From: Octopus vulgaris
Taxonomy: Eukaryota
Assembly: GCA_951406725.2 (NCBI GenBank)
Contig: OX597832.1
Location: 4,960,001-5,024,000 of the forward strand
Reading direction: 5' to 3'
DNA length: 64,000 nucleotides
Below are positions 1 to 13,849 of the stretch, in pieces. The translations under genes were made by a program, and so were the position numbers. How positions within the stretch are numbered: the first letter of the stretch is position 1; each line of letters begins with the position of its first letter. The notes under the pieces are model-generated. The model worked only from the letters and a program-made list of their open reading frames with translations, was not told where the DNA came from and made no database searches.

Positions 1-115
1 TGCTTTTTCCTTTTGTTTGTCCACTCACTTATGTATATATAGTTGTGTATGAGTATGTGTGTTATTATCCTAATTTATATCCAAGATAATGAAAAAAAAA
101 TCAACAAATTTTTAC

Positions 116-209
116 CTCATATGGAGACGGTCGTATCCTTTCACCAAATACAACTTGACCAAGGTTTTCTACAGGAGAGTGTGATTCATCAGACGTACAA
201 AAATCGAAA
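116..209 (-). CDS. TM9SF2: TM9SF2 coding exon 3 (94 nt); the gene continues beyond the window start
   Basis: Acceptor ttttcttatgtatag and donor gtaaaa. Encodes (S)FDFCTSDESHSPVENLGQVVFGERIRPSPYE. ENLGQVxFGERIxPSPY is TM9SF2-type rather than TM9SF4-type. Confidence 0.93.
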
Positions 210-361
210 CTATACATAAGAAAAAAAGTACTGGATTAGTATTTATTCACAACATAATTTTCATAATTTATAAACCTTAATATCTTAATTCCCTTCCACC
301 TTTGATTGAATACATTTGATGTTGGAACCTATTTTCTCAATTATTTCTCTCTCTCTCTCTT

Positions 362-403
<42 letters not shown>

Positions 404-794
404 CATACATACACACACACATTCTACAGAAGTGTTTCTTTTCTTTTATTTAGAACTCTACAAGTAGATTTTAAACAGATTATTTCATTTGAAAATTAAT
501 GAGTTTTAGCACCTGTTACTCATTGGAATCTTTTTATCAAATAGAAAATCTGTCGATGGTTTACTACATGTATTTATTCATGTAGCATGGTAGAGTCATT
601 GACTTACATAGCTTTGCATTCATTTTATTTCACTTCTTTGGAATTTCACATATTTTACAAACATCTATTAGGTCTTTCAGAATTTTGGCCTCACAACTAC
701 CCACAGGTTGATTAAAAAAGTATTAGCTGGGTCGTTGTTATCATGAGGGATGCTGAGCCATGCCATTCAAATAACAGAAAGACAGCAGTATTAG

Positions 795-1235
795 GTGTTC
801 CTCTATGCTGATGACCTTGCTCTTATAGCTGGATCACTTTCAAAATTAGAGATGAAATTCCAGGTTGGAAGCAAGGTCTAGGATCAAAGGGCCTTAGAGT
901 TAATCTAGCAAAAATCAAAGTCTTAGTAAGTAGGAAAGCAGACAAATCACGAATCCCTTCAGGTAGATGGCCCTGCTCAATCTGTAGAAAAGGCATAGGT
1001 AGAAACTCCATAAGATGTTGCCAATGTAATATAAATGGCATCTGTGCCAGTGGTACATAAAAAGTACCCATTACACTCAGAGTGGTTGATGTTAGAAAGG
1101 GCATCTAGCTGTAAAAACCATTCCGAATCAGACTGGAACCTGGTGCAGTGCTCCAGCTTACCAGTTCCATTCAAACCATTTAACCCATGCCAGCTTGAAA
1201 AGCAGATGTTAAATGATGACGATGTTGATGATGAG
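795..1235 (+). mobile_element. RTE LINE fragment (RT piece plus 3' tail)
   Basis: Degenerate LYADDLALIA...GLRVNLAKIKV...GRWPCSICRKGIGRNSI, homologous to 38625-38850. Joined to the shared RTE 3' tail ending in GAT repeats. Confidence 0.85.
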
Positions 1236-2124
1236 TGTTGTCGTGAATATTAGTTTAAAGGGATAATATATAAGTAACAAAACTAGTTATTGTAGTGACT
1301 AAAATCCTATTATTATAACTGAAAATAGAAGAACACATCAAACAGAACATCATACAGAACTACAAAAATTTCTGTTACTTGCTGCAAGCTGAACCCTATT
1401 GAAATAATTTTCTCCATCTAGAAATATAGATGGGAAAAAATAAAAAACAGAAAGGACCAAAACTATTGCTAAATACAGTGAAACAAAACTGAAATTAGAT
1501 AAAAAAAAAAAGAAGTATTTGTGCAAGGCTGCAAACAGCGGTGCCACAGCTCTGAGCTGAAACTAGAGAGAAAAAAAAAACTAACTAGTTTTTAATTAAG
1601 TGCCTTCTATAACATTTTTTTTTTTTTTTTTTTTGATTGAAGAAATAAACTGATATTTATAAATCATGTCTTGAGATAAAATTCCTTCATAATTTGTAAA
1701 ATATGAAAACAGATATTCACATTTAAGTAAACAGAAATTTTGATGCATTATGTAAACATTAGCAAAGTATAAAAATAATCTATAAAAAGCTTGTCATAAT
1801 CTTGTTATATCTTTATCCAATTTTTGTGTGCTCATCAAAACTAATTACTGCATATTTTTCCCCTCTTTAACTTCATTTTCATTGTTACAGGCATCAGAAA
1901 GACTAATGCTCATATTGTGTTAAATAAACTTACAACTTTTTTTTTTTTAGTATGTTAAATTTTTTTTTATCTTCAAATTCACCATCAGAACTCAGTGTCA
2001 ATAAAAAGAAATATGAAGGGGAAAATACCTTTAAATTATTTTAATCACTAAGGCAACTAAACACATAAACCAACCAGGATTGGTTGTGAGCAAACATTTT
2101 GTTGCACAAGGTACCTCATTACAC

Positions 2125-2480
2125 TTCAGTCATTGGACTGTGGCCATGCTGGGGCACTGCTTTGAAGGGTTTAGTCAAACAAATCACCCCCAATGCTTAT
2201 CTTTTTTAACTTAGCATTTATTCTAATTGATCTCTTTTTGCCAAACTGCTACATTATAAAAACATAAACCAACACCAGCTGTCAAGTGGTAGTGGGGAAC
2301 AAACAAAAAGACACATACACGGTGGGCTTCTCTCAGTTTTCATCTACCAAATCCAACTCACAAGATTTTTCAGCCCAAGGCTATGATAAAAAACATTCAC
2401 CTAAAGTGCCACACAATGGACTTGGAACCATGTGGTTGGGAAGCAAACTTTTTACCACACAGCCATGCCTGCACCTATAG
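2125..2480 (-). mobile_element. tRNA-derived SINE (same family as 48551-48950)
   Basis: The reverse complement aligns by eye with the head, body and tail of the 48551-48950 copy. Confidence 0.75.
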
Positions 2481-3054
2481 TAATCTTTACATCAAGGTGT
2501 CAATAAAGTTCAAGTACTAACAAGTCTTACATTTTTAATGTCACTCATCTGTACCTTTTATAACTGTAGATTTCACTATGTTTAAAATTAATCATTTATT
2601 TACAATCCTAGATAACCAACAATAAATTTAATTTAATTCTCTGAATGTTTTCAGTCATTTGAAAATTGTATATTTTGAGGTTTATTCTCTAACTCAAGGA
2701 AAAGAAAGGAAATTAAATGATTACAGGTATACTAAATATGGTGGCTGTAGAAGTAGTGGAACATGTAACAAGTCAAAAACTTTCAAACAATACACAGTGA
2801 GTAATTATAGCTCATAAGAAATAAGTTATGAATATCTGAAGAAGGAATATCATATCTGAAATATATCAGACTATGAATGACTAAGTTGCAACAGGTATAT
2901 AGCCCATTATCTGTATTATAGTGCATTGTTGTACCATTCAAAACTTTTTATTCTTTACAAACAATACACAATGATTCAAGCGAACTACAATACTCTCCTG
3001 AATTTGAGTAATTTCAGATTAAATGCCCAAACCCTTTTCAAAATCATCCAAAGT

Positions 3055-3255
3055 AGAGATGCTCTGTGTTTTTTTTCAATTAATTTTAAATATAACAAAG
3101 AATTTAGTAAAATAAATTAGTTATTAAGCTAGTGTTAGGAACATAAATTGTGACTAAGGTTTGGTGGAAGATTTGAATTCAAAACTTTTGAAAACAAGAC
3201 ATTTGTACTACAGAGCCAGAGGCAGTTTGAGTTAGGTTGGTATCAAAAAGGTTAA
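3055..3255 (+). mobile_element. piggyBac-like MITE, family A (partial)
   Basis: Ends ...aaaaggTTAA. Homologous in reverse orientation to 25513-25948. Confidence 0.6.
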
Positions 3256-3414
3256 AAATTCACAATTCTAACTTACAGTAATCTCTGGAATATATTCCAT
3301 TCTAGCATTAAAAAATGATAATGGATTTTATTGTTTTATTAGCAGTGGACTTTTTGAGTGGACTGGTTATGTGACACTGTTGTAGGTTACAACTGTGAAC
3401 TCACTTTATTTGCT

Positions 3415-3570
3415 GGGTTTTCTCAGTCACAGCATATCTCCAGAGGTCTCGGTCTTTCGTCATTGCCTCTGTGAGGCCCAATGTTCGAAGGTCATGCTTC
3501 ACCACCTCATCCCATGTCTTCCTGGGTCTCCCTCTACCCCAGATTCCTTCCACTGTTTGGGAGTGGCACA
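3415..3570 (-). mobile_element. RTE LINE C-terminal fragment
   Basis: The reverse complement matches 39415-39570 (GRGRPRKTWDEVVKHDLR...DRDLWRYAV). Confidence 0.8.
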
Positions 3571-3650
3571 CAGCTTAAATAATTTCAACTTCTAGAATGA
3601 TTTTATCAAACGGGTTTATCATGTTAATCTTCTATAGTCCAGTCATTACT

Positions 3651-3880
3651 TTAACTCTCTAGCATTTACATTTCTCTATCAAATGTAATGCTTATTTACT
3701 CACATTGCTTTGAATTAATCATGCATTATCTTGTTGCTTTGAGATTTCAATGATATGACTGTTTACTTTTAGAACAATATTGTAGGGTAGGTGTGAGAGG
3801 CGCTGGACCTGACCAGCCTGAACATAAAGCAGGTAGGTTATTTTGGCCAGATATGGCTGATTTAAATGTGAAAGATTTAA
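3651..3880 (+). mobile_element. piggyBac-like MITE, family B
   Basis: TTAA at both ends with short degenerate TIRs (ctctctagcattta / taaatgtgaaaga). A second copy lies at 5492-5714. Confidence 0.55.
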
Positions 3881-5285
3881 CCTCTTGAATGATACAGTTG
3901 TATCAGTCAAGAGGTCACATCTTTTTTGAAATAACATGATTTTGGAGTCACACTGTGATTAAATTCTTCATTAATTACACTTCTAAAAATTTAAAATGCT
4001 AATTATAATACAAAAACTTTTAATTGATAAATCCTTTTTTTCTATAACACTAATCACATTTCTTTTTCTTTTGTATAATTTAAATGAATGAATTCAAATT
4101 TCAAACTACTCATAACAATTCAGCCATAGGTTAATAATGGTAATTAATAAATAAATCATCCTTCTTTTTAAACATACAGAAAAGCCAAAACTTAATTTCA
4201 TTAGAAATTAAACCATCTGGGTTGAATTTTTCTCACTAATCTTTAAAAAAATCAAATTCAGCATTTAAATATATATCCCCCACCTAGTTTTCTTCTATGT
4301 TTTCTGAATGCAACATGTTAAAAATGGTTCTGCCATGTTTATCAAACAAATTTTTAAAATTACAATGATGAAAATATATAATTTAGCTTCCCCAAAATGT
4401 CCAAATAAATTTAATTAAATCAAGAAAGGAATAAAACTGTAGTTCGTTGAACAACAAATCTAAACTTAAATCTCAAATAATAATAAATGTAAAACTTGGA
4501 TTTATTATCTTAGTCTTCTATATTGATAGCCCTTATCAACTCAACATATCTATACACAGTTCATGTCTATACTTGTACTATCCTGTATACATTAATCAAT
4601 ACTTTTAATATTCAGATGCTTCTTCAAAAGATCTGCACTTTTTTTTATTGATTTTTAATTACATAGAGGCACTGGCACCTTGGACATATTTCTTTATAAT
4701 ATCTTCAGTTTGACCATTGACTTACAAATAAAATTTCATGAACAGACACTGTGTGGGAGCTCATCATATGATATTTGTATGTGTGTGTTTGTGTTTACTG
4801 GTGTAAATCAGTGTCCCAGTGTCCCTTTATGTCAAGTATGTAACTTAGCTTTTTGATAATTAGGGATCAATAAAATAATTACAGAAGTGTAATTGTCAAG
4901 TAAATGATTTGATCTGAGACCATATGTGAAACTAAAATGATTGTGGCTTGGAAAACACATATCAGCCATTCAGAAACACAACCTGCTCACTGACAACAGA
5001 ACATTGCAGTGTACCATTGTCAGTGACCAGGTCACAGTTTCAAGCAATGAAAATTTTGACACCTAATTACAGCCAATAAATATTTAAGTGAAGTTAAACA
5101 GCCTTAGTGTATTTCTGAACAACTAATATGCGTCTTACTAATTGCAAATAAAATAATTACCTCATTGAGCATTGGTTGGTAAAATTAATTAAGATCTCTA
5201 AAATCAATGCCCTAACATGGCTGCAGTCCAATAAAACATTTAGAGAATACTTATCAATTATTTGTGAAGAAAAATAAAAACTTAC

Positions 5286-5353
5286 CTGTGGTATTCATAG
5301 GGTACCACTGTTTCTGGTGAATTCAGTCTGTTCACAAATATAGGTATCTCGGA
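5286..5353 (-). CDS. TM9SF2: TM9SF2 coding exon 2 (68 nt)
   Basis: Acceptor ttctgtattttcag and donor gtaag. Encodes SEIPIFVNRLNSPETVVPYEYH, matching the TM9SF2 motif EIxLFVNRLDSxESVLPYEY. In frame with exons 1 and 3. Confidence 0.93.
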
Positions 5354-5491
5354 CTGAAAATACAGAAGAATTTGAAATTTTATTTTTATCATTTATTAAT
5401 GGCATACCCAGTGTAATATAACAAATTCCTGTCTTCCTAATTACAGCTAGCCTTTATATAACATATTAATGAACCATTCCTTAAAAAACAT

Positions 5492-5714
5492 TTAACTCTG
5501 TCAAATTACTAATTACTCTAATGACTGTCAAATGCAATGCTTATAGAGTCATATTATTTATGCATTACCTTGTAGCTTCAAGATTTTAATATGATTGTTT
5601 AGGCTTAAAATGACATTGTAGGGTAGATGCAAGAGGTACGATCCAGTTGGATTCAAAATAAAACAGGTAGAATATTTTGGCCAGATATGGCTGGTTTAAA
5701 TGCTAAAAGGTTAA
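5492..5714 (+). mobile_element. piggyBac-like MITE, family B
   Basis: Homologous to 3651-3880 (shared attgtagggtag, ttttggccagatatggctg). Ends taaatgctaaaaggTTAA. Confidence 0.55.
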
Positions 5715-6066
5715 TTCATGCAACATGTCTTGGCATAATATTTCAAAACAATGCATATAAGTTTGATCTGACTGTGTGGCAATTTGGGCAAGTGTAATTT
5801 CTGGTTGACCAATACCATGTTAGTTTGACACCAAAGTATGTTTGTTAAACAACTAGAAATCAGTAACAAGAGGTTGGTTTAGTAATCTAAAATGTGTTCT
5901 CCTTCATTTCTTTCTAATACAACACAACTAGACAACAATAGATAATACAACAATGATATGATGAAAATAAACAAACTTTGTTTACTTTCATCGTAAGTTG
6001 AATTTAATGTTAGCGTCTTATGATGCTAAATTTATAAGTTCTAAAATTGCAGCAGAATTCATTACT

Positions 6067-6140
6067 GGGCAGTTTAGCTTAATGGTAAAGCACTTGACAC
6101 GTAATCATGGGGATGTGAGTTTGAGTCTCGTGGCTGGCCG
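6067..6140 (+). pseudogene. Degenerate tRNA-Thr(CGT)-like sequence
   Basis: Acceptor gggcagt/gctggcc, A-box tagcttaatggtaaagc, anticodon arm cttga-caCGTaa-tcatg, T-arm gtgagtttgagtctcgt. There are several mismatches, including the T-loop C. Confidence 0.6.
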
Positions 6141-6762
6141 GTAACATATTTTTCTGCAATGTATGGATAATTTATCCTGTTCGCACTATTTTATTAGCAT
6201 TATTACACATCTGAGAATAAAAGAATTTATTTCTGTATCCTTATCAATAATGATAAGGACAATAAATATTAAGTATGGGATTATAAATCTGCATCTCATT
6301 TGCTCAGTATATTGATCAAATTTTAAAAAATCCCAATGATTAAGTAGATAAGATGTGGCTTCATGAGCTTGTATGCTAATACCGGTACTGTATTGTTCCT
6401 TGGACAAAGCAAGAATCTACTTCAAAATCAGTAAAATTAGAAAATGATTATGATGAACAAAAAGATATAAGAAAGCTGTCAATTTATAAGAATGTAACAA
6501 TTATATAAGAAAGCACAAAGGAAAAAAACAATATACATAGTCATCAATAGAAAAGATACTCCAAATGAAAAGATCATTGCCATCATAGATTCTAAATGAA
6601 CCCAATACTTCAACAATAAAGCTTATTATGATGGCTGTGCATCAGCATGTATATATATGTAACTGAAACCTCCCCTTCTATTACCCTCACTTGCTAAGTC
6701 AGTTAAAATGTAGGAATTTTAATTAGTAGTAATCTCAAGAACAAAATAGAATTTTCTCAACA

Positions 6763-6835
6763 GGTCAAAACCTGGGGTTGAAACACAGCCCTTTAGATCT
6801 TCAGTTTAATGCTTTCTCAACTGAGATGTTTCAAC
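6763..6835 (-). pseudogene. tRNA-Phe(GAA) pseudogene
   Basis: The reverse complement gttgaaacatctcagttgagaaagcattaaactGAAgatctaaagg...ttcaaccccaggttttgacc is colinear over 73 nt with the canonical metazoan tRNA-Phe. Differences are mostly transitions. Confidence 0.8.
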
Positions 6836-6972
6836 TACCTTGCATAATCTAGTAATATACATTTATTATAATTAAAATAAGAATATTTTGCTTAAGTATA
6901 CCAAACAAAATATTTTAAATAATGGTGGAAGGAGAAAAAAACTCAAATCAAATTATAAGTTAATGTAAAATA

Positions 6973-8168
6973 TTGGGTCATCCCATAAATAATGCAGTTT
7001 TTTCAAGTGCCTGAACTAAAAGTCAGAAGGGGACGGGATAAACTACTTGCATCAACTCTCTTATTCTTAGTGCAAGTTTTGAAGAGTGCAGTTCGATTTT
7101 AACAGTTTCAAAGTTATAATGGAAGTGACAAAGGAGCATGTTTTGCTTTATGAGTTCAATAAAGGCAACAACACAACAGAAAGTGCAAGGAATATTAATG
7201 CAGTATATAGGGATCAGACAATAAGCATAAACCAGTGTCAATTGGTGGTTCCAAAAATTCCAAGCCAGAAACTACAGCCTAGAAGATGAGCCTTATCCTG
7301 GAAGATCTGTAACGCTTGACAAAGACATCCTGCAAACCCTGGTGAAACAAAATCCCATTGTAACTGTTTAGGAACTAACAGGGAAGCTTGGATTTGGTCA
7401 TTCAACCATTTGATACCTGCATGCCATCGGAAAAGTCAGCAAATGGGATCAATGGGTTCTTCACAAACTTTCCGAGTCTAATTGTGTGCAGAGAGTGAAT
7501 ATGTGCGCTTCTTTGTGGTCACATCTCATGAATGAACCCTTTTTGAATCAAATGGTGACTGGTGACGAGAAATGGGTTCTCCATAAAAATGTCAAGTGCT
7601 GAAGACAGTGGGTAGGGAAAGGAGAAACACCAGCGCCCCAGGCTAAAGGTGTTGCTATCTGTATGGTAGAATATGAAAGCTTTAGTCCACTTTGAACTTT
7701 TAAACCCAAACCAAATAATAACAAAGGAGATCTACTGCAAACAACTTGAGCAGCTTAAGTTAGCACTAGAAGAAAAACAACCATCTTTGGTTTCAAGACA
7801 AAAAGTGTTCGTCCATCAGGATAATACTTGGTCACATATAGTGAAGATCACATTCCAAAGGGTGGAGCAGTTTGAATGGGAAACAATGCCCCACTCACCA
7901 TATTTGCTGGGCATTGGATTGCCCCATCTGATTATCATTTATTTTGCAGTCTTCAAAATCATTTGGACAGAAAAAATATTAATTTTGCAGACAAGGTGAG
8001 AAACAGTACTGGAGAAATATTTATCACAGACAAGTCTACCAGATATATTGAAGAACATTGTAGAAAATGAAGGGGAGTATATTTTAGATTAAAAAAGAAC
8101 TTTGTTTATCTTAATTTTGAAAAATAAAAGAAGTATAAAAAAACTGCATTATTTATGGGATGACCCAA
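6973..8168 (+). mobile_element. Full-length decayed mariner transposon
   Basis: Perfect TIRs of about 31 bp (ttgggtcatcccataaataatgcagtttttt) flanked by TA. Broken transposase with WVLHKL (WVPHEL), VTGDEKWV, HQDN and IAPSDYHLF motifs, plus stops and frameshifts. Confidence 0.95.
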
Positions 8169-8832
8169 TATAAGTCTGTTTTGTATTTATATAATTTTAT
8201 ACTTAGCTTTTACATGTTTTAGGTTGACCTGAAATCTATATATTTTCATAAATAATTCAACAGACATATTGCAGCAACAGAAAACACTTTTACCACCAGA
8301 CATATCAGGGTTTGGTAAACACACACAACAATAGGATAAATCATCAAAACAAAAAAAAGATGTTGAATGTTGCATGATAACATTTACATAGATTCAATGC
8401 AAGTTGCAGCAGTCATTTGAACTTATTATAGTTGTGGCTTAATAGACAAGATGCTAATATTACAATACATTATTGTTCATAGAAATGTACACTGGAGGAA
8501 CATTGGCCTATCCAGATTTTGGTATTTTGCTTCATCAAGTAAATGATTTACTTGAACTACATCAATTATCCACACTTCTGTCATATAGAAAATTTTTCAG
8601 GAAAACATTTGGAGATTCAACAGTATTGTAGCCATGTGTAGCATGAAAGTAAATAATGCTACAGTTACTCAAGGCTGTCCCTCTTACAGAATTCACCAAG
8701 TTCTTTACAGATGTTTTGAAATATCAAAAATTGCTTACACAATTCTGAATAAGAAATTTGACAGTGTATGTAAAGAGTGGCTGCCAATAATTAAAGAGAA
8801 AATCTTGATGCTGCTCTTTTCTGTACGCTTCA

Positions 8833-9212
8833 TCTCTCTCTATATAAACAGCAGTTTGTCTGTGCGTTTTCTGTGTGTCTGTTTTCTCGTACCCTCACTC
8901 TGACCACGGCTTTCAACCGATTCTGATGAAACTTGACACACACATAGCCCAATGTCATAATTCAAAACTAACGCAGCGAAAATTTTGAAAAGTTCCCCCA
9001 GTTCTGAAAAATCGATAAATTCGACATGGGGTCGAGAATCAGAAACCCAAACCACAGACCGTCTAGGGGACGCAACTCCACCTTTTTAACTCTCAAAAAA
9101 ATTTACCATCATTTTTTTCCCATTTTTTTGCTATTTTTTGGCTATAACTCTCTAAAAATGCTTTATAGTTATTTCCCTTACAAACCTGAGCAACGCCGAG
9201 CGATACTGCTAG
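8833..9212 (+). mobile_element. Non-autonomous Helitron
   Basis: Starts A|TC(tctctctatataaac) followed by a short gtct repeat. Ends with a degenerate hairpin (cctgagcaacgccgag) and CTAG|T. Confidence 0.75.
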
Positions 9213-9309
9213 TTCTGTTATACTTTTAGCTAACAACACTTATTTTTCAATCATTTGATTGTGCAAGAACAAACTGACACTAGTACAGTACCACGAAACA
9301 TATCTATTG

Positions 9310-12050
9310 GATTGCATACTGACAAAAGACAAGATAGTGAACATGTAATAAGGTTGTTATATTGATAAGGAACCTTGTTAAACTGATAGAATGTTGGTAA
9401 GCAGGTTCCAAAAAGAGAACGATAAGCAAAGTTTTCGAGTATTTAGCAACTCTGACTGAGCCTATGATTCCATGATGTATCCATAATTCCATGCAGTTTT
9501 TTTTTTTTCCCCGGGTAACTCAAACAGATGGCATCTCAAACCAAAGGATTCAAAAGTGACATATCTCCAATTTTATTCCTTACAGATATTGAAGAAAGCT
9601 GATTTGGATAATATATTGCACAGTTTTGTGTTAATTGTTATGTCGAAATCCAATATGCTCACTTGTATTATAAACTGGCACAAGCAGACCTGTATAATGG
9701 TCAAGCAAATACAATCATTGCAGGCAATACTGATTGGATTATAAAGTTAGACATTTTCCAAAACATGTTTACAAGCAGCCCAAGATACAGAGCAGTACTA
9801 AAAATGTCATGGATATTGTAAGGAGATTTAAGAAACCAACATTATTTGTAACATTTACCTGCATGGGTACAAAATAACTCAATAGAAATCAAGCTGCCAT
9901 AGATTGCCTTGCACAAGTGTTCAAACTAAAGAGGTAGCAACTTCTACAAAATGTTTTGGGGAAATTAATCATGCATGCGAGCTCAAATGAAATTCAGAAA
10001 GTGGTTTACTTAATTGTCATTTTCTTTCACAGCACAAGGTCAGAAATCAACAAAGTTGTCTCTGCTGAACCTAATCAATCCAAATAATACACACACACAC
10101 ACACGTAGTCTTTATGGTTCAGTAAAGAAACAAATGATCATGTGAAGTGGTGTGACTAGTTATATGTCTTACTAAAGAAGGTTATACTGCTAATGTGTGA
10201 GTTGGAAACAGAGGCAATAAGGTGAATAACTGATACATATTTTCCTACAATGCTTGGTTACTTCAAAAATATGCAGAGGATATCAATGTTGATAGCTGTC
10301 AAATATCTGTATACATATTTAGAGGTACACTCCATTCTACAATCTCTCACTAGAAAGAGATCAACAATGAGTTTCTCCTGATATCAGTGATGAAAACAAG
10401 CAAGATGAAATTATTAACAAAGAAAACTTTGAATCACCTAAATTCAAATTCCCCATAAAAAATCTTCTATAGAATGTTTTCAAACTCACACACCCAATCA
10501 ACAAATAATTTTTTACCTATAAAACAAATACAGAAAATGTCCTTCAACAAGCTCAATTAACTAAACTCACAGATTATTTTGATAAAAATGTTTAGACATA
10601 TTCTATATTGAAACTTCTTTGAATATTTATAAGAGGCAATCGTATAACAGGACTTGGCAAGAAGAACAGACAACTAGAAGAAATATTGTCATCCATCACA
10701 GGGAGAATTCAGCTATTTGAGATTATTGCTTCCTCACAGAGCCACAGCTACAAGTTTTGATATTTGCATACAATATACAACATAACATGCAAAAGTTTTA
10801 AACAAGCTTGCCAAGTATTGAATCTTATTGAAAATTATCACATGCATGAATGGAACAGCATCTCAATCTACAGGCCACTTCAGGAATTTGTTCATTACAA
10901 TTCTTCATTTCTACTTCCTGCCTGAACCTTTAAATTGATACAAAATGTTTCACAACAATCTTATTGAAGTTATTTACATTTCAGAAGAGAAACAATGACT
11001 ACTGAAAATGCACCAGAAACCATATTTAGTAGCATGCTGTGTGCACTAGATAACTAGTTGAATCAATATAAACATTCAGCAGTTTATTATGGTTTTCTGT
11101 CTGCAGATTATTAACAAACTGTGCCTGCTAATCCAAATGAAACAGATCTTTCAGCAGCAGTCTATTATAATGATCACATAAATAACTCAATAATAAAAGA
11201 TTGTTTTTGAGTCAACTGAGAAAAAAAAATTTACAATGAAGGTGGTCTGATATTTACTGGTGTTCCAGGGGGAACAGATAAAACTTTTCTGCTGAACTTG
11301 CTACTATCTTCTATTAGCAAAAATTACCAAACTGTGCTTACTAATTGCAGTTACACTACTGAAGGTTTACCTATTTTCATTCCAGCAAAATTTACATCAG
11401 CCTATCACATATCTTCTCATGAAGCAACTGGTTTCACAGAATGATACTCAGTTATTTGTGTAACAAAACCCCCATGGCCCACTGACATCTCAACACTATC
11501 AATCACTCACTTCAAGATGTAATGAACAATGAGCAACATCTTGAAAGAAGGACTAATAATTTTTAACATATTCACCCAGTAAACCATAGAGCTCAACAAT
11601 TTTCAGTAACTTCTATTAGGGGGTCAATACAAAGTTTTACATATCCAAACAAATACGAAAGTTCTCAGTTGTTCAAGAAAAACTGTCAATTTGCATTTAA
11701 TAGGTTAAACCACCATGCTAGTCAGTTGCTGGAACTGAGGGAAGGAAGGATTCCAAATATTGTAAATATTGGCACAGCTTTCTCAGAAGCCATTGTGATT
11801 CCGCCTTCCATTAATTTCAAGGAGGATTTGGTTCAATTTATTTATGCCAATCTAGCAAAACACTAGAGTTGTTTGACTACAATGGTCACGCAAGGATAAT
11901 TACATGTTGTTATCAACAAAGTGAGCAATCCAACAAACCCACCGATATTTACAGATCAAAGAGAATTCCACAACACAGCCAGAAAGACATTCTACAATTT
12001 CTAGTCATGTTCTGTATTCATTATGATGTGTATGTACTGAGTTTGCAGAA
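9310..12050 (+). mobile_element. Highly decayed autonomous Helitron (Rep-helicase) relic
   Basis: Motif remnants occur in the expected order: SPRY..VMDIVRRFKKPTLFVTFTC (about 9780-9862, Rep motif 1), EIQK.GL (about 9990), LRLLLPHRATATSF..SFKQACQVLNLIE (about 10716-10835), the PIF1 Walker A region GGLIFTGVPGGTDKTFLLNLLL (about 11240-11305) and ASQLLELREG (about 11717). Confidence 0.8.
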
Positions 12051-12674
12051 TATAAAGCAAAATATTTTTGAAGTAAATGTTTTGAGGTAAACAGTATCAA
12101 AAGATTATTTATGAAATCTTTACAGAAAAAAAATAGTCTTAATTTCAGTAATTTACCCAATTAAAAAGCATTTCATAGAACATCTATTTTCCTGAAGCTG
12201 AAAATAGAAGTAAAGTTACTACTTCCTTCAAAGACTCTCTATTCAAACAGAATATATTTTATATTAAGAGGTATCATTTTGAATGACCAAACAATTTAAA
12301 TTTAAAAGATTGCTTTTTTACTATCAGCAAAGTGACAGGTATTGAAACAAATGTATTCAAAATAGCAAATACCTTATAACACACTCTCTTTAACTTCACT
12401 TTTAACCCGAAATGATTTGCATAGAATCTTGTATACTTTATAGAGTGTGACAAAAGACATAATTAAAAATAGAAATACTAAAGTAAGGCTAATTCAGTGA
12501 ATGGATAGACTTTCTGAGCTCAGAAGACACCATTACAGCTTTAAAAGTATCCCTAAGGTTTAAATGTTTTGTACAAAAGTTTAGGCCCTTGAGTAACTTA
12601 TGTACCTGTACAGTTAATAATGAATGAATGTATGTATGTATATCTGTATACACACACACACACATATACATGAA

Positions 12675-12985
12675 GTATTGAATGCCGATCTCAAGACACT
12701 AAGCCTTATGAAGATGACTAAGGACCGAGATATCTGGTACATTCCTTTACTCAAGAAGACCTATCCACCACAGCAGAACTGATATCAATGCCGGTGCCAC
12801 ATAAAAAGCACTGATGCTAGGGCCACATTAAAAGCACCCAGTATATTTTGTGGAGTGGTTGGTGTTAGGGAGGGCATCCAGCTTAGAAACCATGCCAGAA
12901 TATACAATGGAGCTGGTGCTGACCCTGGCCTTACCAGCTCCAATCAAACTATCCAACCCATGCCAGCATGGAAAACGGACTGATA
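12675..12985 (+). mobile_element. RTE LINE 3' end fragment
   Basis: Encodes DLKTLSL..MTKDRDIW, then the shared 3' tail (aaaagcac..., agggcatccagct, ccaacccatgccagcatggaaaacggac). Confidence 0.75.
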
Positions 12986-13279
12986 CACACACACGCGTTC
13001 CTTTAGTTTGTAGCACCACACCTACATCATCATCATCATTTTAACATCTACTTTACCATGCTTCCATGGGCCACATGAAGTTTGTAAAAGAAGATTTATG
13101 GTGACCTTTTATGTTACATGGGTGGACAAGAGGAAGCTTTAGTGGGTTTCAAACAGTGGTTAATGTGATAACAAGAATGTACCCTTTTGGTAATATGTTC
13201 ATGAGGACATATGTATTGAAAATAGTGTGGATATAGAATCAGAAAGAGCAAAGGTTGTAAGTATCATGTGGTTTACTTT

Positions 13280-13710
13280 TGTAACTTATTTAGCAAACAC
13301 TTTGCATGGGTTAAATTATTTTCCCTTGTCATATCTGATATAAACTAACTTCTCCACACCACAAACAGCTTGTATCAGATATCCTCATGCACAACTCATC
13401 TGATGGTGTATTCTGAAACTTTGAGGTCCTTTGCAATGGTTCTGATTGACTTTCCAAGGTTTTTATCAATTATTTCTTGGATTTTCTAGACAAAGTTCTG
13501 TGTGCTGATGGTAGCAGGACCCTGTGCATGCATTTTGCATTTAGCTGATTTAGCTGTTGATGTTGGATCCCTGTCAGTCGCTTCCAGGTCCTTTCAAACT
13601 ATTATGACGAAAGATTGGGTAACTTACAGGAAGCGAGCTATTTCTGTATCACTATGCTGCATTTTTAAGGCAATGATTATAGTCTGACTTTTCATTTGCT
13701 GAGTCATTGT
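13280..13710 (-). mobile_element. Tc1/mariner DD37D (maT)-like transposase N-terminal fragment
   Basis: Minus strand gives MTQQMKSQTIIIALKMQHSDTEIARFL*V...IQEIIDKNLGKSIRTIAKDLKVSEYTIR*VVHEDI*YK...AKCLLNKL, a two-HTH DNA-binding region with stops. Confidence 0.75.
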
Positions 13711-13849
13711 GATGTCTGACACCATCTGACAAGTAAGTTAGAAAAAAAAAAGAACTAAGAAGAAAGTTAGAGCTCTTGAAAGATGTGTCCTTAAAAATGT
13801 GACAAACATTGTAAATATGTGTCAAAAAAAAAAGAAAGAAAAGCAGAGG

